Below are positions 22,410 through 33,401 of a stretch of DNA of 64,000 nucleotides, one piece after another; position 1 is the stretch's first letter, and every line of letters begins with the position of its first letter. Under the pieces are notes generated by a model that was not told the DNA's origin, searched no databases, and worked only from the letters and a program-made list of their open reading frames with translations. The DNA lies in NCBI RefSeq assembly GCF_006345805.1, contig NW_021834234.1, positions 9,572 through 73,571 on the forward strand. The letters are read 5' to 3'. The translations under genes were made by a program, and so were the position numbers. This DNA is from Octopus sinensis (taxonomy: Eukaryota).

Positions 22410-24957
22410 ATCTCTTATGATAAAAGGCAGATTTTCTCTGCCTCCCAAACCGTTTGTTTTTTATACAATTCTACAATATAGAATTTCTTCAATTGGAATT
22501 TACCTATCATTTTTACGAGTAGATTCCATCGGGTCGTGGCATGTAAAGTTTTTTCAATTTCACCCCCAATTAAGCAAAAATTCGAGAAAAGTAAATATTT
22601 TATGATTTCCCTCTTTCATTTCAAGTGCTCCTACCATTACCACTACACTTTCTCCTCCTTTCTCTTTGCAAGTGTGCAACAATTAAAGTGAAAGTATTTA
22701 TATCTCAAAAAAATACAGAGCAAACAGAAACAAATAAATACATAACGATTTACTCCCCACACAATTTCTTCAATTGGAGTTTACCTATGATTTTTCCAAG
22801 TACATCCATTCGGTCATGGCATATAAATTTCTTTCAATTTCACCCCCAATTAAGCAAAAATTCGAGGAAACTCAATATTTTATGATTTCCCTCTTTCATT
22901 TCAACTGCTTCACTCCTTCCATTACCACTACACTTTCTCCTCCTTTCTCTTTGCAAGTGTGAAACTATTAAAGTGAAAGTATTCCCTTATTATGTGTGTG
23001 TGTGTGTGTATTAGCAATTCGTATAAAATTGCATCAATGACTTGAACTTGAATAAGTGGTTTCACATAAATGGGGATAAATTAAAAAGGTTTGTTGTTAT
23101 TATTATTACTGTTTGACTATTGTAATCACGTTTGTTGGTTCCGCGTCAGGGAAACGTTGTTGTGTTGCATTTGTTAAATAACTGTAAACCGTAACCCTCC
23201 CCCTTTCGGAGAAGGGGCTTTGGTTATTGTTTAAAAATTGAATTGTGTCCCTGTTTTGGAAAATTGACAATATTTTCACCGTTTTTATGGAAACATTTTT
23301 GTTAAAATGCCTTTGATAGAAGAAAGTCCAAAAATAAATTTCTCTGCAGCCGTACACTTCTATATAAGAGGGAGGACAAGATCAAATTGATCGAAATTGC
23401 AAGAGACGGGCCTATAATTCCAGTCTGTTATATATTTTGAGTATTGTTATCACTAGCGATATCAAGATATAACTTTCTATTTTGTATTTTATGTGTAGAT
23501 GTATATATATATAGATGTACATGTAATATGTACACATATATATATATACACATATATACATGCATAATATATCTACCCATACACACACACACACACACAC
23601 ACATACATAGGGGCAGGTGTGGCTGTGTGGTAACAAACTACGTTCGAAGATACTGTACTTGATATGGGCGGTAGTGCCTTGCCAGTCTATGGCCTACCTT
23701 CAACAAACCGGGAAGGCACAAACATTCTGTCTTCACATTTGCTGCGTGAGACATGTTTTAATGTTGACGAGCTTGCCGAGTACATAGCCGACAATGAGCC
23801 AAAGCTCCTTCCAGAACAGAAGTTCGCTTACAACTCCGTTGTTAATTCAGTCCGGCCCAAAGCTGGGGGGATTTTTTTCCTGGACGCTCCTGGGGGCACT
23901 GGGAAAACTTTTGTCAACAAATTAATATTGGCTGAGATTAGGCGAACACAAGGCATTGCCCTAGCTGTGGCATCATCTGGAATTGCGGCTACTTTGTTGC
24001 CAGGCGGCAGGACAGCTCACTCCACTTTCAAGCTCCCGCTTGACTTAGCGAAGACTGAGACACCAACTTGCAACATCAGTAACAGCTCCGATCAGGCAGA
24101 AGTCTTCAGACGATGCAAGCTTATCATTTGGGATGAATGCACGATGGCCTGCAGAGGTGCTCTTGAGGCACTAGATAGATCTCTCAGAGACATCAAACAC
24201 TCTTCAGCTCCCATGGGGGGCATAACACTTCTTCTTTCAGGGGACTTCCGACAAACACTTCCCGTTATTCCCAAAGGGACTACAGCTGATGCAGTAAGTG
24301 CGTGTCTTAAGTCATCCACATTGTGGCCACTGGTGAAGACTCTCAAACTTCACACCAATATGCATGCTCATATGCGACGTGATATCACATCAGCAGCATT
24401 TTCTCACACCCTCCTTGCACTTGGCAAAGGCAAAATACCAGGGGATGAAAATGGTAATATTGCCATCGATTCCATTTGTACCATTGTTAAAACGCCTTCT
24501 GATCTCAGAGATGCAGTGTTCCCAGATCTACAAGCTAATTATCAGAATATGGATTGGATTGGCCAAAGGGCTATTCTGGCCCCGAGGAATAAATCTGTTC
24601 ACCATATTAATGATGAAATGCTAAAATTCATTCCTGGGGATGTCTATGTATATAAGTCTATCGATACAACTCCTGACCCAGAGGACGTCATCAACTATCC
24701 TATAGAGGTACTCAATTCCTTTGAGCCCCCCGGACTACCACCACACATTCTCAAACTTAAAGTTGGTGCCCCTATAATGCTCATTAGAAATTTGGTTCCC
24801 CCAAAACAATGCAATGGCACACGTTTGATCGTTAAGTCCTTAACTCCCACCTTAAACTTATATCAATATTTGCCTGAATAATCATCATAATTCAGTGCAA
24901 CCATTAACAGTACTTTCAAGCAATTCAGCCCCGCGTATTGCCGGGCAATTCTGCTAT
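22410..24957 (+). mobile_element. Composite Helitron remnant
   Basis: TC start in (TA)n, 280-bp internal tandem repeat (22482/22762), helicase fragment, 3' GC hairpin (24928-24946) followed by TGCTA. Confidence 0.65.
23664..24881 (+). CDS. PIF1-like helicase fragment of a Helitron RepHel protein (truncated)
   Basis: FLDAPGGTGKT, ASSGIAATLLPGGRTAHS, IIWDE, GDFRQ, AILAPRN, LKLKVGAPIMLIRNL..CNGTRL; Rep domain and last motifs missing. Confidence 0.92.
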   Translation: MGGSALPVYGLPSTNREGTNILSSHLLRETCFNVDELAEYIADNEPKLLPEQKFAYNSVVNSVRPKAGGIFFLDAPGGTGKTFVNKLILAEIRRTQGIALAVASSGIAATLLPGGRTAHSTFKLPLDLAKTETPTCNISNSSDQAEVFRRCKLIIWDECTMACRGALEALDRSLRDIKHSSAPMGGITLLLSGDFRQTLPVIPKGTTADAVSACLKSSTLWPLVKTLKLHTNMHAHMRRDITSAAFSHTLLALGKGKIPGDENGNIAIDSICTIVKTPSDLRDAVFPDLQANYQNMDWIGQRAILAPRNKSVHHINDEMLKFIPGDVYVYKSIDTTPDPEDVINYPIEVLNSFEPPGLPPHILKLKVGAPIMLIRNLVPPKQCNGTRLIVKSLTPTLNLYQYLPE

Positions 24958-24967
24958 ATATATATGC

Positions 24968-25058
<91 letters not shown>

Positions 25059-25096
25059 GATAAAATCCTTTTAAGGGCAGAAAAAATTTGCCAGCA

Positions 25097-25169
25097 GCCA
25101 TCCGTGAGGATTGAACTCACACCCTTCTAATATCCGGTTGGAGTGCTCTACCCTTTAAGCTAAACTGCC
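25097..25169 (-). pseudogene. tRNA-derived sequence (pseudo-tRNA or SINE head)
   Basis: D arm GCTT/GAGC, T arm GTGAG-TTCAATC-CTCAC; acceptor and anticodon arms mismatched. Confidence 0.7.
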
Positions 25170-25370
25170 CAACTGGAAAATTCCTCAGCAAATTTAGAAG
25201 TTATAAAGTCATCCAGAAATGCTAGATGTCGTGTAGATTACATCCTATGTAAACAAACGAGTTTGTTTTCAAAGCATTGAAAGGTATTGGAGAACAAGTA
25301 GAAAGATAGATTTTTTTCATTCAATGCGTAATTACTGAACAGTATATATCAATATAAGTGACAACTATAG

Positions 25371-25418
25371 GCACTGAAAAACTACTTTTTTCCATAGTCT
25401 GAAACAGCTGTAAGAGTG
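25371..25418 (+). ncRNA. Degenerate type I hammerhead motif
   Basis: CTGAAAA-ACTA..TAGT-CT-GAAAC-AGCT-GTA with palindromic ACAGCTGT; G8 mutated. Confidence 0.5.
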
Positions 25419-25611
25419 ATTTTAATGATTTCAATAATTTATATTAAGATTTTTATAATTGTATTCTTATCTTATATGTATTGACTTATAACGTATATAT
25501 GTATGTTATTAAGGTTCTGGTTTTTGTTAAATTAATAAATAATTTAACATTCTAATATCCGAAAGCTGATGAACCAACTAAACTGTTTCTCCATTTTCTT
25601 ATTTGTATTAT

Positions 25612-26140
25612 ATATATAAAACTTAGAATGTGTGTCTGTCTGTGTTTCCCTAAAACTTGAGAACTACACAACCAACTTCATTCAAAATTTTTAACTTTTT
25701 GCCTAGGGCGAGCCCAGAGCAATATCATATCTTCTCCACAACAATTCCCTAAAACTTGAGAACTACACAACCAATTTCATTCAAATTTTGCACATGCCTT
25801 ACTTAGGGTCTATGTAGTTTCATGGGCAAAAAATATGTTCAACTTCTTGCCTAGAGCGAGCCCATAGCAATATCATATCTTCTCCACTATTTCAGTATTA
25901 CGTGTTAAAAGTGAAACAAAAACATTTCTCTATTTTATGTCAGATACTTTCACTTTAACAATAAAAATTAGAGATAATAATAAAAATTGAATTAATATGT
26001 GGTAAGTAATAATTAAAATCAAACTAAAGTATTATATAATCATAACATAACAAAAGTAAAAATAGCAATTGGTATAAAATTGCATCAATGACTTGAACTT
26101 GAATAAGTGGTTTCACATGAATGGGAATAAATTAAAAATA
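25612..26140 (+). mobile_element. Non-autonomous Helitron-like 5' segment (related copy at 32405-32640)
   Basis: TATATATAAAACTtAGAATGTGTGTCTGTCTG start, internal tandem duplication, shared with 32410 onward. Confidence 0.55.
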
Positions 26141-26468
26141 AAATTAGCATGCAGAAATGGAATAGTCCAGATGGAGGTGTGCACATACTGTTTACTACAG
26201 CTTTTACATTAGATTATCTGCTAATTAGCTAGCATTAAGTATCTATATGAAGTTTGGCTGTATGTAATGTCTGTTTTCTCGAACAGACGCTTCTTCTGAG
26301 TTGGTACGTGTCAATGTTTTCCCTGTAAATATTGTTATTGTTACTGTGAATTATTGTTATTGTTTTTAAAAAGAACTGTTATTTGCTTTCTGTGAAAGCT
26401 ATTCATTGAAATTTCCCCCTGCAAGGGAATTATTGTTATCTTGTTAAGCCAATTTTTGTGAAAAGCTT

Positions 26469-27470
26469 TTGAAGCCAATTTTTGTGAAAGGCTTTTTTAA
26501 GCCAACTTGTTGTGGAAAAATAGAAATACATACACCTTTCTCTTTCTCACCTGTGTCAGGTGAAGAAAGTAGTTCACCAGCAGTAACACCGAATAAACAA
26601 AACGTAAAAACACAAGCAGTCTCACTGAAGAAATTCACAGAGGTAGCTGGTAAAAAGGAAAAGAAGCTAAATACGGAAAAGAGTAATTTAGAAAAATATA
26701 TGCACATGTTGAAAAAAGAAGGAATGGAAATTACAGTAAACAGGAAAGACGCAGTAAACAGGAAAAGGATCATATACAAGACGTACAGCATAGTTTTAAA
26801 AAATGATTCAAAGAATAGAAGAAAGAAAAAAGAAAAATGCCTGAAACCAATTTGGCCTGAAATCACCTACATCAACCATGGAAAAAGGTTCGGTACAGTG
26901 GAAGTAAGGTTTAAAACAGAAGAAGCAGCAAAAAAGTACTTTTCGGAGACACTCAAAACAGAGGAGGTGGTTCTTCTTCCAATATACATGGGAAGAAGAA
27001 CATCAAAAATAAAAATAAATAACATTCCCCCTGAAGTGGATGCCACTTGTTTAGTGGCAGCAGTAACATTAGGCCTGGATGAAAAAATAAATATTCTCCA
27101 GGCCTCAGTGGAAGAGGAAGAGCATTGGAAGGGGCAATGCTTGACGATGGCAATTCAAGCAGAGGTAGCAACCTTAGAAGAAATTCCAGAAGCCATAAAT
27201 GTTGGCAGAGGCAAGAGACTGATAGTATATGTGGAAGACAGAAAACCAAGATGCTTCAACTGCGGGTTGAAGGGACACATCAGGGTCGAGTGCCAACCAA
27301 AAGAGAAGGAAAGAAAAGAAGAAACACCAGATGAGACAACACCAGCACCAACACCTAAAGATGTTACATCACCAGCAACAGAAGAAAGTGAAGAGAAAGA
27401 CAGAGAGGAGGGGTGGTTGACTACTTCTAAGAAAAAGAAAGAAAAACACAGACCGCCCTTCCCAAATTGA
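26469..27470 (+). CDS. Tx1-like ORF1 (gag-like zinc knuckle protein)
   Basis: RCFNCGLKGHIRVEC (CX2CX4HX4C); start codon uncertain. Confidence 0.8.
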   Translation: MKPIFVKGFFKPTCCGKIEIHTPFSFSPVSGEESSSPAVTPNKQNVKTQAVSLKKFTEVAGKKEKKLNTEKSNLEKYMHMLKKEGMEITVNRKDAVNRKRIIYKTYSIVLKNDSKNRRKKKEKCLKPIWPEITYINHGKRFGTVEVRFKTEEAAKKYFSETLKTEEVVLLPIYMGRRTSKIKINNIPPEVDATCLVAAVTLGLDEKINILQASVEEEEHWKGQCLTMAIQAEVATLEEIPEAINVGRGKRLIVYVEDRKPRCFNCGLKGHIRVECQPKEKERKEETPDETTPAPTPKDVTSPATEESEEKDREEGWLTTSKKKKEKHRPPFPN

Positions 27471-27795
27471 ATATAAAAAAGAAAAATGAACAAGAGAAAG
27501 ACAATACATAGATGGTCATAAAGGCCTCAAACAACAGACTAGTCAACTGTTTGGCAGTTATCCCAACTGCCAAACGAGTTGAAAAAACTACATCGAAAGA
27601 CTTCCTTATCTACAAGATAGGCCGGAAGGATTACGGGCGGATTAAGTCCGAATTCTTCCACAACGTAGACCCTCCAAGAATAGATTTTTCTCCATATATT
27701 TACGAGGGCCTATGTCCAAATACGCCACGAGCCCGAGAAAAAGAAAAAGAAAAAGAGGATGAAGAAACACTGAAACACTGATACTGAGGTAAGTA

Positions 27796-30700
27796 ATGTC
27801 TAACATTCATGTTGGTAGCTTAAATGTGTGTGGTCTGAGATCAAGCTGGAAGCAGGGTCGCTTCCTTAATGATATCAGGTCGTGGAATTTGGATGTCATT
27901 GTTGCTACAGAACCCGGTTAGAGGGGCCAAGAGATCTGCTCCCACTGTTGAACGGCTATGAGAGTTTTTTCTCTCCAGGCAGTCTTATTGGTGGGAGTGG
28001 GGTGTTGGTCCTACTAAAAAGAAACCAGGTTTTTGAGAAAAAGTTAATTTTTTCAGATCCAGAAGGTAGGCTGGTTGTCATGGATTTGACGTTCAGTAAC
28101 GGTAAAGTTATCAGACTGGTTGCAATTTATGCACCCTCATCATCATCTGGGCAAAGTGAGTATTTTTGAGAGCTAGAGAAGTTTCTTAGTACTTCACATT
28201 CATTAGTTGTGCTAGGAGACTACAACACAATTTACAAAGTGCGAGTAGATTATGTTGGCTCGTGTACAGATAGAAAACGTAACCCTGGCTTCCTGGAACT
28301 GCTAAGACGCTTTGAGCTAGCAGATCCTTATAGGTTGGAATTTCCGAATGCTCCATTTTGGACATGGTCAAATAGCGATGGATCTTCCAGGTCTTACATA
28401 GAGTACTAATTAGAAAAGCAGATAGAGAAATAGCTAAGTGTCCACAGTTTTACCCAGTCAGCTACAGTGATCATAAAATGGTCACTTGTAAGCTTGACAT
28501 AGATAAGGTATATAAGAGAGGTTCTGGTTATTGGAAACTTAATACGTCCCTTTTGGTGATTAAGGAGTACAGAGACCGGATTAGGACTTTGATTCAGAGG
28601 GCGCTATCTGGTGCCATCATTAATAATAAATGGTGGTATGCTCTCAAGCGAGCCATAAAATTTGAGTCTATTAGATATAGCATAGGATTAGTGGCTAGAG
28701 AAGCTAGGAGGGGATCAACTCTAGTTAAGGATTTAGAGGAAGCCATGAAAACTGGCTCTGCAGCTCAGGTGACGGCCAAGAGACTGGTGTTAAACCAGCA
28801 CCTCGAGGCCAAACACATGGGCTGCATTGTCAGGGCTAGGATCTGCGCAGTGGGTTGTGGGGGAATCAACACCGCAGGATGGGCCCAAGTGGTGGAGGCT
28901 CAACGTGGTAATGATGCCACAATTCAATCTTTGATGAACCAACAAGGTAAGTTGATAAACGAACCCGAGGAGATGTGTGAGGCCTTTCAGGAGCACTTCG
29001 CTCAGCTTTTCGGTGGAGGTGGTGGATCGGATACTAGGAGGGACTTTACGGACCTCCTCGACGGGCTGCCACACATATTGGGGCTGTGAAGGGCCAATCA
29101 CGCCTGAGGAGGTGGCTGAGGCGATGGCGGACTGCGGCACGGGCAAGGTGTCAGGACTGGATGGTCTACCCTATGAGTTATATAAGAGTGTGCCAGACTT
29201 GTTCGGGCACCTTCTGGCGGAGGTCTACACAAACTGGCAGCAGAACGGGTTTATTCCCAGATCTGTGCGCCGGGGAGTAGTGACGCTAGTCAGAAAGGAC
29301 CTGGACAAGGGGGATTGTATTGATAATTTTTGGCCCATCACTCTGCTATCGAAAAGATTGGCGCGTGTCGCGGATTGTCTGATTGGGGAGGCACAGACAT
29401 GTGCCGTTCCCGGCAGAACCATTCAGGATGCTCTCCATCTTATGCGGTACACTTTAGAGGGGTTTGATAGTGATTCTGGCAAGGGTGGGGCACTGGTCCA
29501 TTTAGACCAATCTAAGGCTTTTGATAGGGTTGACCATCGCTACTTGGTGTCCGTTCTGGCACAGTTCGGCCTGGGTCTTGGCTTCCTCAGGTGGATCATT
29601 CAGATTTACGACAACATTGACTTGGTAGTTTGGGTAAACGGCTTCTTATCGAAGCCGTTCAACATCAAACGCTCGGTTCGTCAAGGGTGTCTGCTCTCCC
29701 CGCTTTTGTACATGATGGCTCTTGAGCCATTACTGTAAAAATTGAGCGGCATCCCGAGACAGCCAGGTTGTGGAAAATCGGTGTCAGCTTATGCGGATGT
29801 CATCACCATCATCGTAACCGAAATGGATCACCAACAGAGGGTAGGCAAGGCCATAGAGGTTTACGAGACGGTGGCAGGAGCAAAGATTAATCATGAAAAG
29901 TCATTCGGCTTGCAGCTCGGCACCTGGAGAGGCAAGTCGATGCCTCCTGACAGCGTCATGGGACGTTGGACGGAGGATCCGATTAAGTTGCTAGGGGTTT
30001 GGTTTGGACCAGACCTCCAAATAGAGAAGAACTGGGCCAAGGTATCGAGCAGGGTGGCTGCAGTAGTCAAGACCTGGTCTTGGCGGTGGCTTTCCCTGAA
30101 AGGAAGGGCGGAGGTAGCCAATGTGTTTATCGCATCGGTCATCAGCTACCACCTATCCGTCGTTCCTTGCCCTGATTCGTGGTTGATCAAGCTGGAAAGA
30201 CAGCTCTTTCACTTTTTGTGGAGGGGCTTGAAACCACTTGTGAAACGCTCTACTTGCTGTCAACAACCGTTAAAGGGTGGGCTAGGGATGCCTTGGCTGT
30301 TGATGTGCAGACATGCGCTGAGGTTGAGGCATTTGTGGCTCTACCTGGATGGTGAACGGGTGTGATCTCCGTTGGCAAAACTGATGTTTCCCAAGTTTAC
30401 TAGTTTCGGTGGATGGGAAACCTGGTTGAATTGAAGATCAAAACTGGGCACATGGTTTACGGAGTATCACAAGGCTCTTCTGCTATTCCGTCGCTCAGGC
30501 AACACCTGCGGTGGGGGTTCCACCACATTCTTCTATAGAGGGCTGGTAGAAGCGGAATGTGACGATACTTTAGGGGAAACCCTAGGTCTCGATGATAATC
30601 AGCTGGCTAGTCTGTTCCGACGTATATTCAGGCCGAAGACCTTGGACAACTTTCTGAAGTCTCTGGCATGGCAGTGTTACAGAGGAGCTCTACCTGTTCG

Positions 30701-31133
30701 GAACAAACTCGCAAGGCATGGTGGCTGAGGCAATCTGACATGTCCAAGATGTGAGCAGGATAGGGAAACCGTCCCGCATGCTATAGTTCAATGTTCAGAG
30801 GTGTGGGTTTATGCCGAACAACTGTTGTCAAACACACGAAGAGTACAGCTGTCAACTGAGTCTATTGTAAAAATTGACCCACCGGATTTCCTCTCGAAAG
30901 AAGGTAAGAATTGTTTTCTCGTTGTTGTTGCAATTGCGAGAGAGGTGATTTGGAAGACGAGGCTGAAAGGTATAGAATCAAGCAATTTCATCTCTGGCCC
31001 TGGATTGATGAATTACTTCATCTTCCACCTGAAAAGGAATATAGGGCTGGAGAGAAAATGCCTGACTGAGAAAGTGTTCGAAAAACGATGGAAGAATGTA
31101 GCACAGATGTTGCGTATGAATGGTAACACATGA
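27796..31133 (+). pseudogene. Tx1-like ORF2 (APE endonuclease and reverse transcriptase), disrupted
   Basis: MSNIHVGSLNVCGL, AIYAP, LGDYN, SDH, YWKLN, GLDGLPYE, LDQSKAFDRV, SVRQGCLLSP, AYADV, GGLG, CPRC. Confidence 0.9.
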
Positions 31134-31387
31134 ATGTGGGACAGGATGAAACCAAGGTATCAGTGGCGAGGTGGGGCTCGTGGGGTCTGAGCTAAACCCG
31201 ACCCCCCCACTCCATCCGTAATGTCTTCCGATCTGTCCCATCATCCAATTTACAATTTTATTGTGATTCGTAATTATGTGTTAAAATTTTAAAATTCATC
31301 ATCTATGTAAAACCATTTGCAAATCTGACCCCAAATCAGATTGTGTTGTCCCCTCTTTGTTCGCCCCTTGTGGGTAATAAAAAATCA

Positions 31388-32225
31388 CAGCCGCTTCCAC
31401 TGAGTACTGCTGTTGGTTTATTTCTTATACATAAAGGACTATAGCTTCAACTGCGTACTGCTTTTTGATTCACCGTAAGGTTTGTTGTTATTATTATTAC
31501 TGTTTAACTATTGTTATCACATTTGTTGGTTCCTCGTAAGGGAAACGTTGTTGTGTTGCATTTGTTAAATAATTGTAAACTGTAGCCCTCTCCCTTCGGG
31601 AAAAGGAGCTTTGGTTTTTGTTTAAAAATTGAATTGTGTCCCTGTTTGGGGAAATTGATAATATTTTCACCGTTTACACGGAAGCATTTTTGTTAAAATG
31701 TCTTCGATAGAAGAAGTCCAAAAATGAATTTCGCTGCAGCCGTCGGCGGGCGTGAACTCATTAAAACTAAAATGGAAGAAATACAAACCTATTTCGGATT
31801 GATCACCGACAAAGACGGTGAATCTAAGATAACACCACCAAACGAAATAAAAAATTAAATTAAAGTAAAGACTATTGTCTATAAAGTATACAATGTAGAG
31901 AAAAAAAAAATTTGAACACCTGGAGGAAAGCACCATCGAAAAGTGTCTTAATGCGACTATGACAGATATCTAACCAGAGGCGGTAAATTCGCCACAATAG
32001 AAGCAAGGTTCGAGTCAACGGAGCGTGCAAGGGAGTACTCGACTTGAACCTTGCAAAGTGGAAATATTTTATTTTTACCTTTATATCTGGGACGTAGGAC
32101 GTCCCGGATAAAAATTGAAAATGTCTCCCCAGAAGTAGATGTAGGCTGGATTGTAGCCACACTTCTATACAAGAGGGAGGACAAGATACAATTGATCAAA
32201 ATTGCAAGAGACGGGCCTACAATTC
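31388..32225 (+). mobile_element. 5' fragment of a second, diverged Tx1-like LINE
   Basis: Start ACAGCCGCTTCCACTGAGT resembles 26284 ACAGACGCTTCTTCTGAGT; LPLYLGRRTSRIKIENVSPEVD is homologous to ORF1 LPIYMGRRTSKIKINNIPPEVD. Confidence 0.8.
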
Positions 32226-32364
32226 CAGTATGTTATATATTTTGAGTATTGTTATCACTAGCGATATCAAGATATAACTTTGTATTTTGTAATTTATGTG
32301 TAGATGTATATATATATAGATGTACATGTAATATGTACACATATATATACACATATATACATGC

Positions 32365-32404
32365 ACTAGCACTATGACCCGGCAACGACGGGTCATAATG
32401 CTAG
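32365..32404 (+). mobile_element. Helitron-type 3' terminus (hairpin and CTAG)
   Basis: TATGACCC-GGCAACGAC-GGGTCATA then ATGCTAG|TATA; similar ends near 24928 and 38120-38148. Confidence 0.65.
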
Positions 32405-32766
32405 TATATATATAAAACTGAGAATGTGTGTCTGTCTGTCTGTGTTTTCTTAAAACTTGAGAACTACGCAACCAATTTAATTCAAATTTTACACATGCCT
32501 TACTTAGGGTCCAGGAAGTGTCATGGGCAAAAAGGATTTTTAACTTTTTTCCTAGGGCAAGCCCAGAGCAATATCATATCTTCTCCACTATTTCAGTCTT
32601 ACATGTTAAAAGTGAAACAAAAACATCTCTCTATTGTATGTATATGGATGTATATATATATACATGTATATGCATATAGCTGTATATGTATACATGTATC
32701 TGTACAGTTGTATATGTATATATGTATTTCTATAGATATACATGTATGTGTATACACGTATGTCTA

Positions 32767-32807
<41 letters not shown>

Positions 32808-32896
32808 ATGTACATGTAATATGTACACATATGTAATATGTACACATATATATATATGTATACATATACACACACACAAAACACACATACATAGGT

Positions 32897-33205
32897 GCAG
32901 GTGTGGCTGCGTGGTAACAAACTTGGTTCCAAAACACATGGTCCTCAGTTCAGTCCCACTGTGTGGTAACTTGGCATGTGTCTTCTGCTATAGCCTCAGA
33001 CCAACCAAAGCCTTGTCAGTGGATTTTGTCGACAGAAACTGAAAGAAATCAGTTGTATGTATATGTGTGTACATATGTAAGTCTATGTGTGTGTTTTTTT
33101 TTGTTTCTCCCTCATCACTGCTTCACAACTGGTATTTGTTTATTTACATCCCCATAACTTACTGGTTTCACAAGAAGAAACTGATAGAATAAGTACCAGG
33201 TTTAT
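32897..33205 (+). mobile_element. tRNA-derived SINE; body tandemly repeated at 33332-33401 and 36560-36810
   Basis: GTGGCTGCGTGGTAA (A box), AGTTCAGTCCC (B box), GATAGAATAAGTACCAG. Confidence 0.65.
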
Positions 33206-33279
33206 CAAAATATAGAAAGGCACTACACAGTGTCTCATATTTTTGTTTGCCCACTCAGTTGTATCTATCAATTTATCTT

Positions 33280-33334
<55 letters not shown>

Positions 33335-33401
33335 ATTTTGTAGACAGGAACTGAAACAAATCACTCGTATATATATGTGTGTATATATGTAAGTGTATGT
33401 G

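Larger units (their letters stand above)
26284..31386 (+). mobile_element. Near full-length Tx1/L1-clade LINE, inactivated
   Basis: 5' UTR, ORF1 with CCHC, ORF2 with APE-RT-CxxC and stops/frameshifts, 3' AATAAAAAA end. Confidence 0.93.

Noticed and set aside
23664-24881. Host PIF1 gene
   Set aside because: Intronless, truncated, Helitron-type motifs and terminal hairpin, antisense inside an intron
25097-25169. Functional tRNA gene
   Set aside because: Mismatched acceptor and anticodon stems, and no U33
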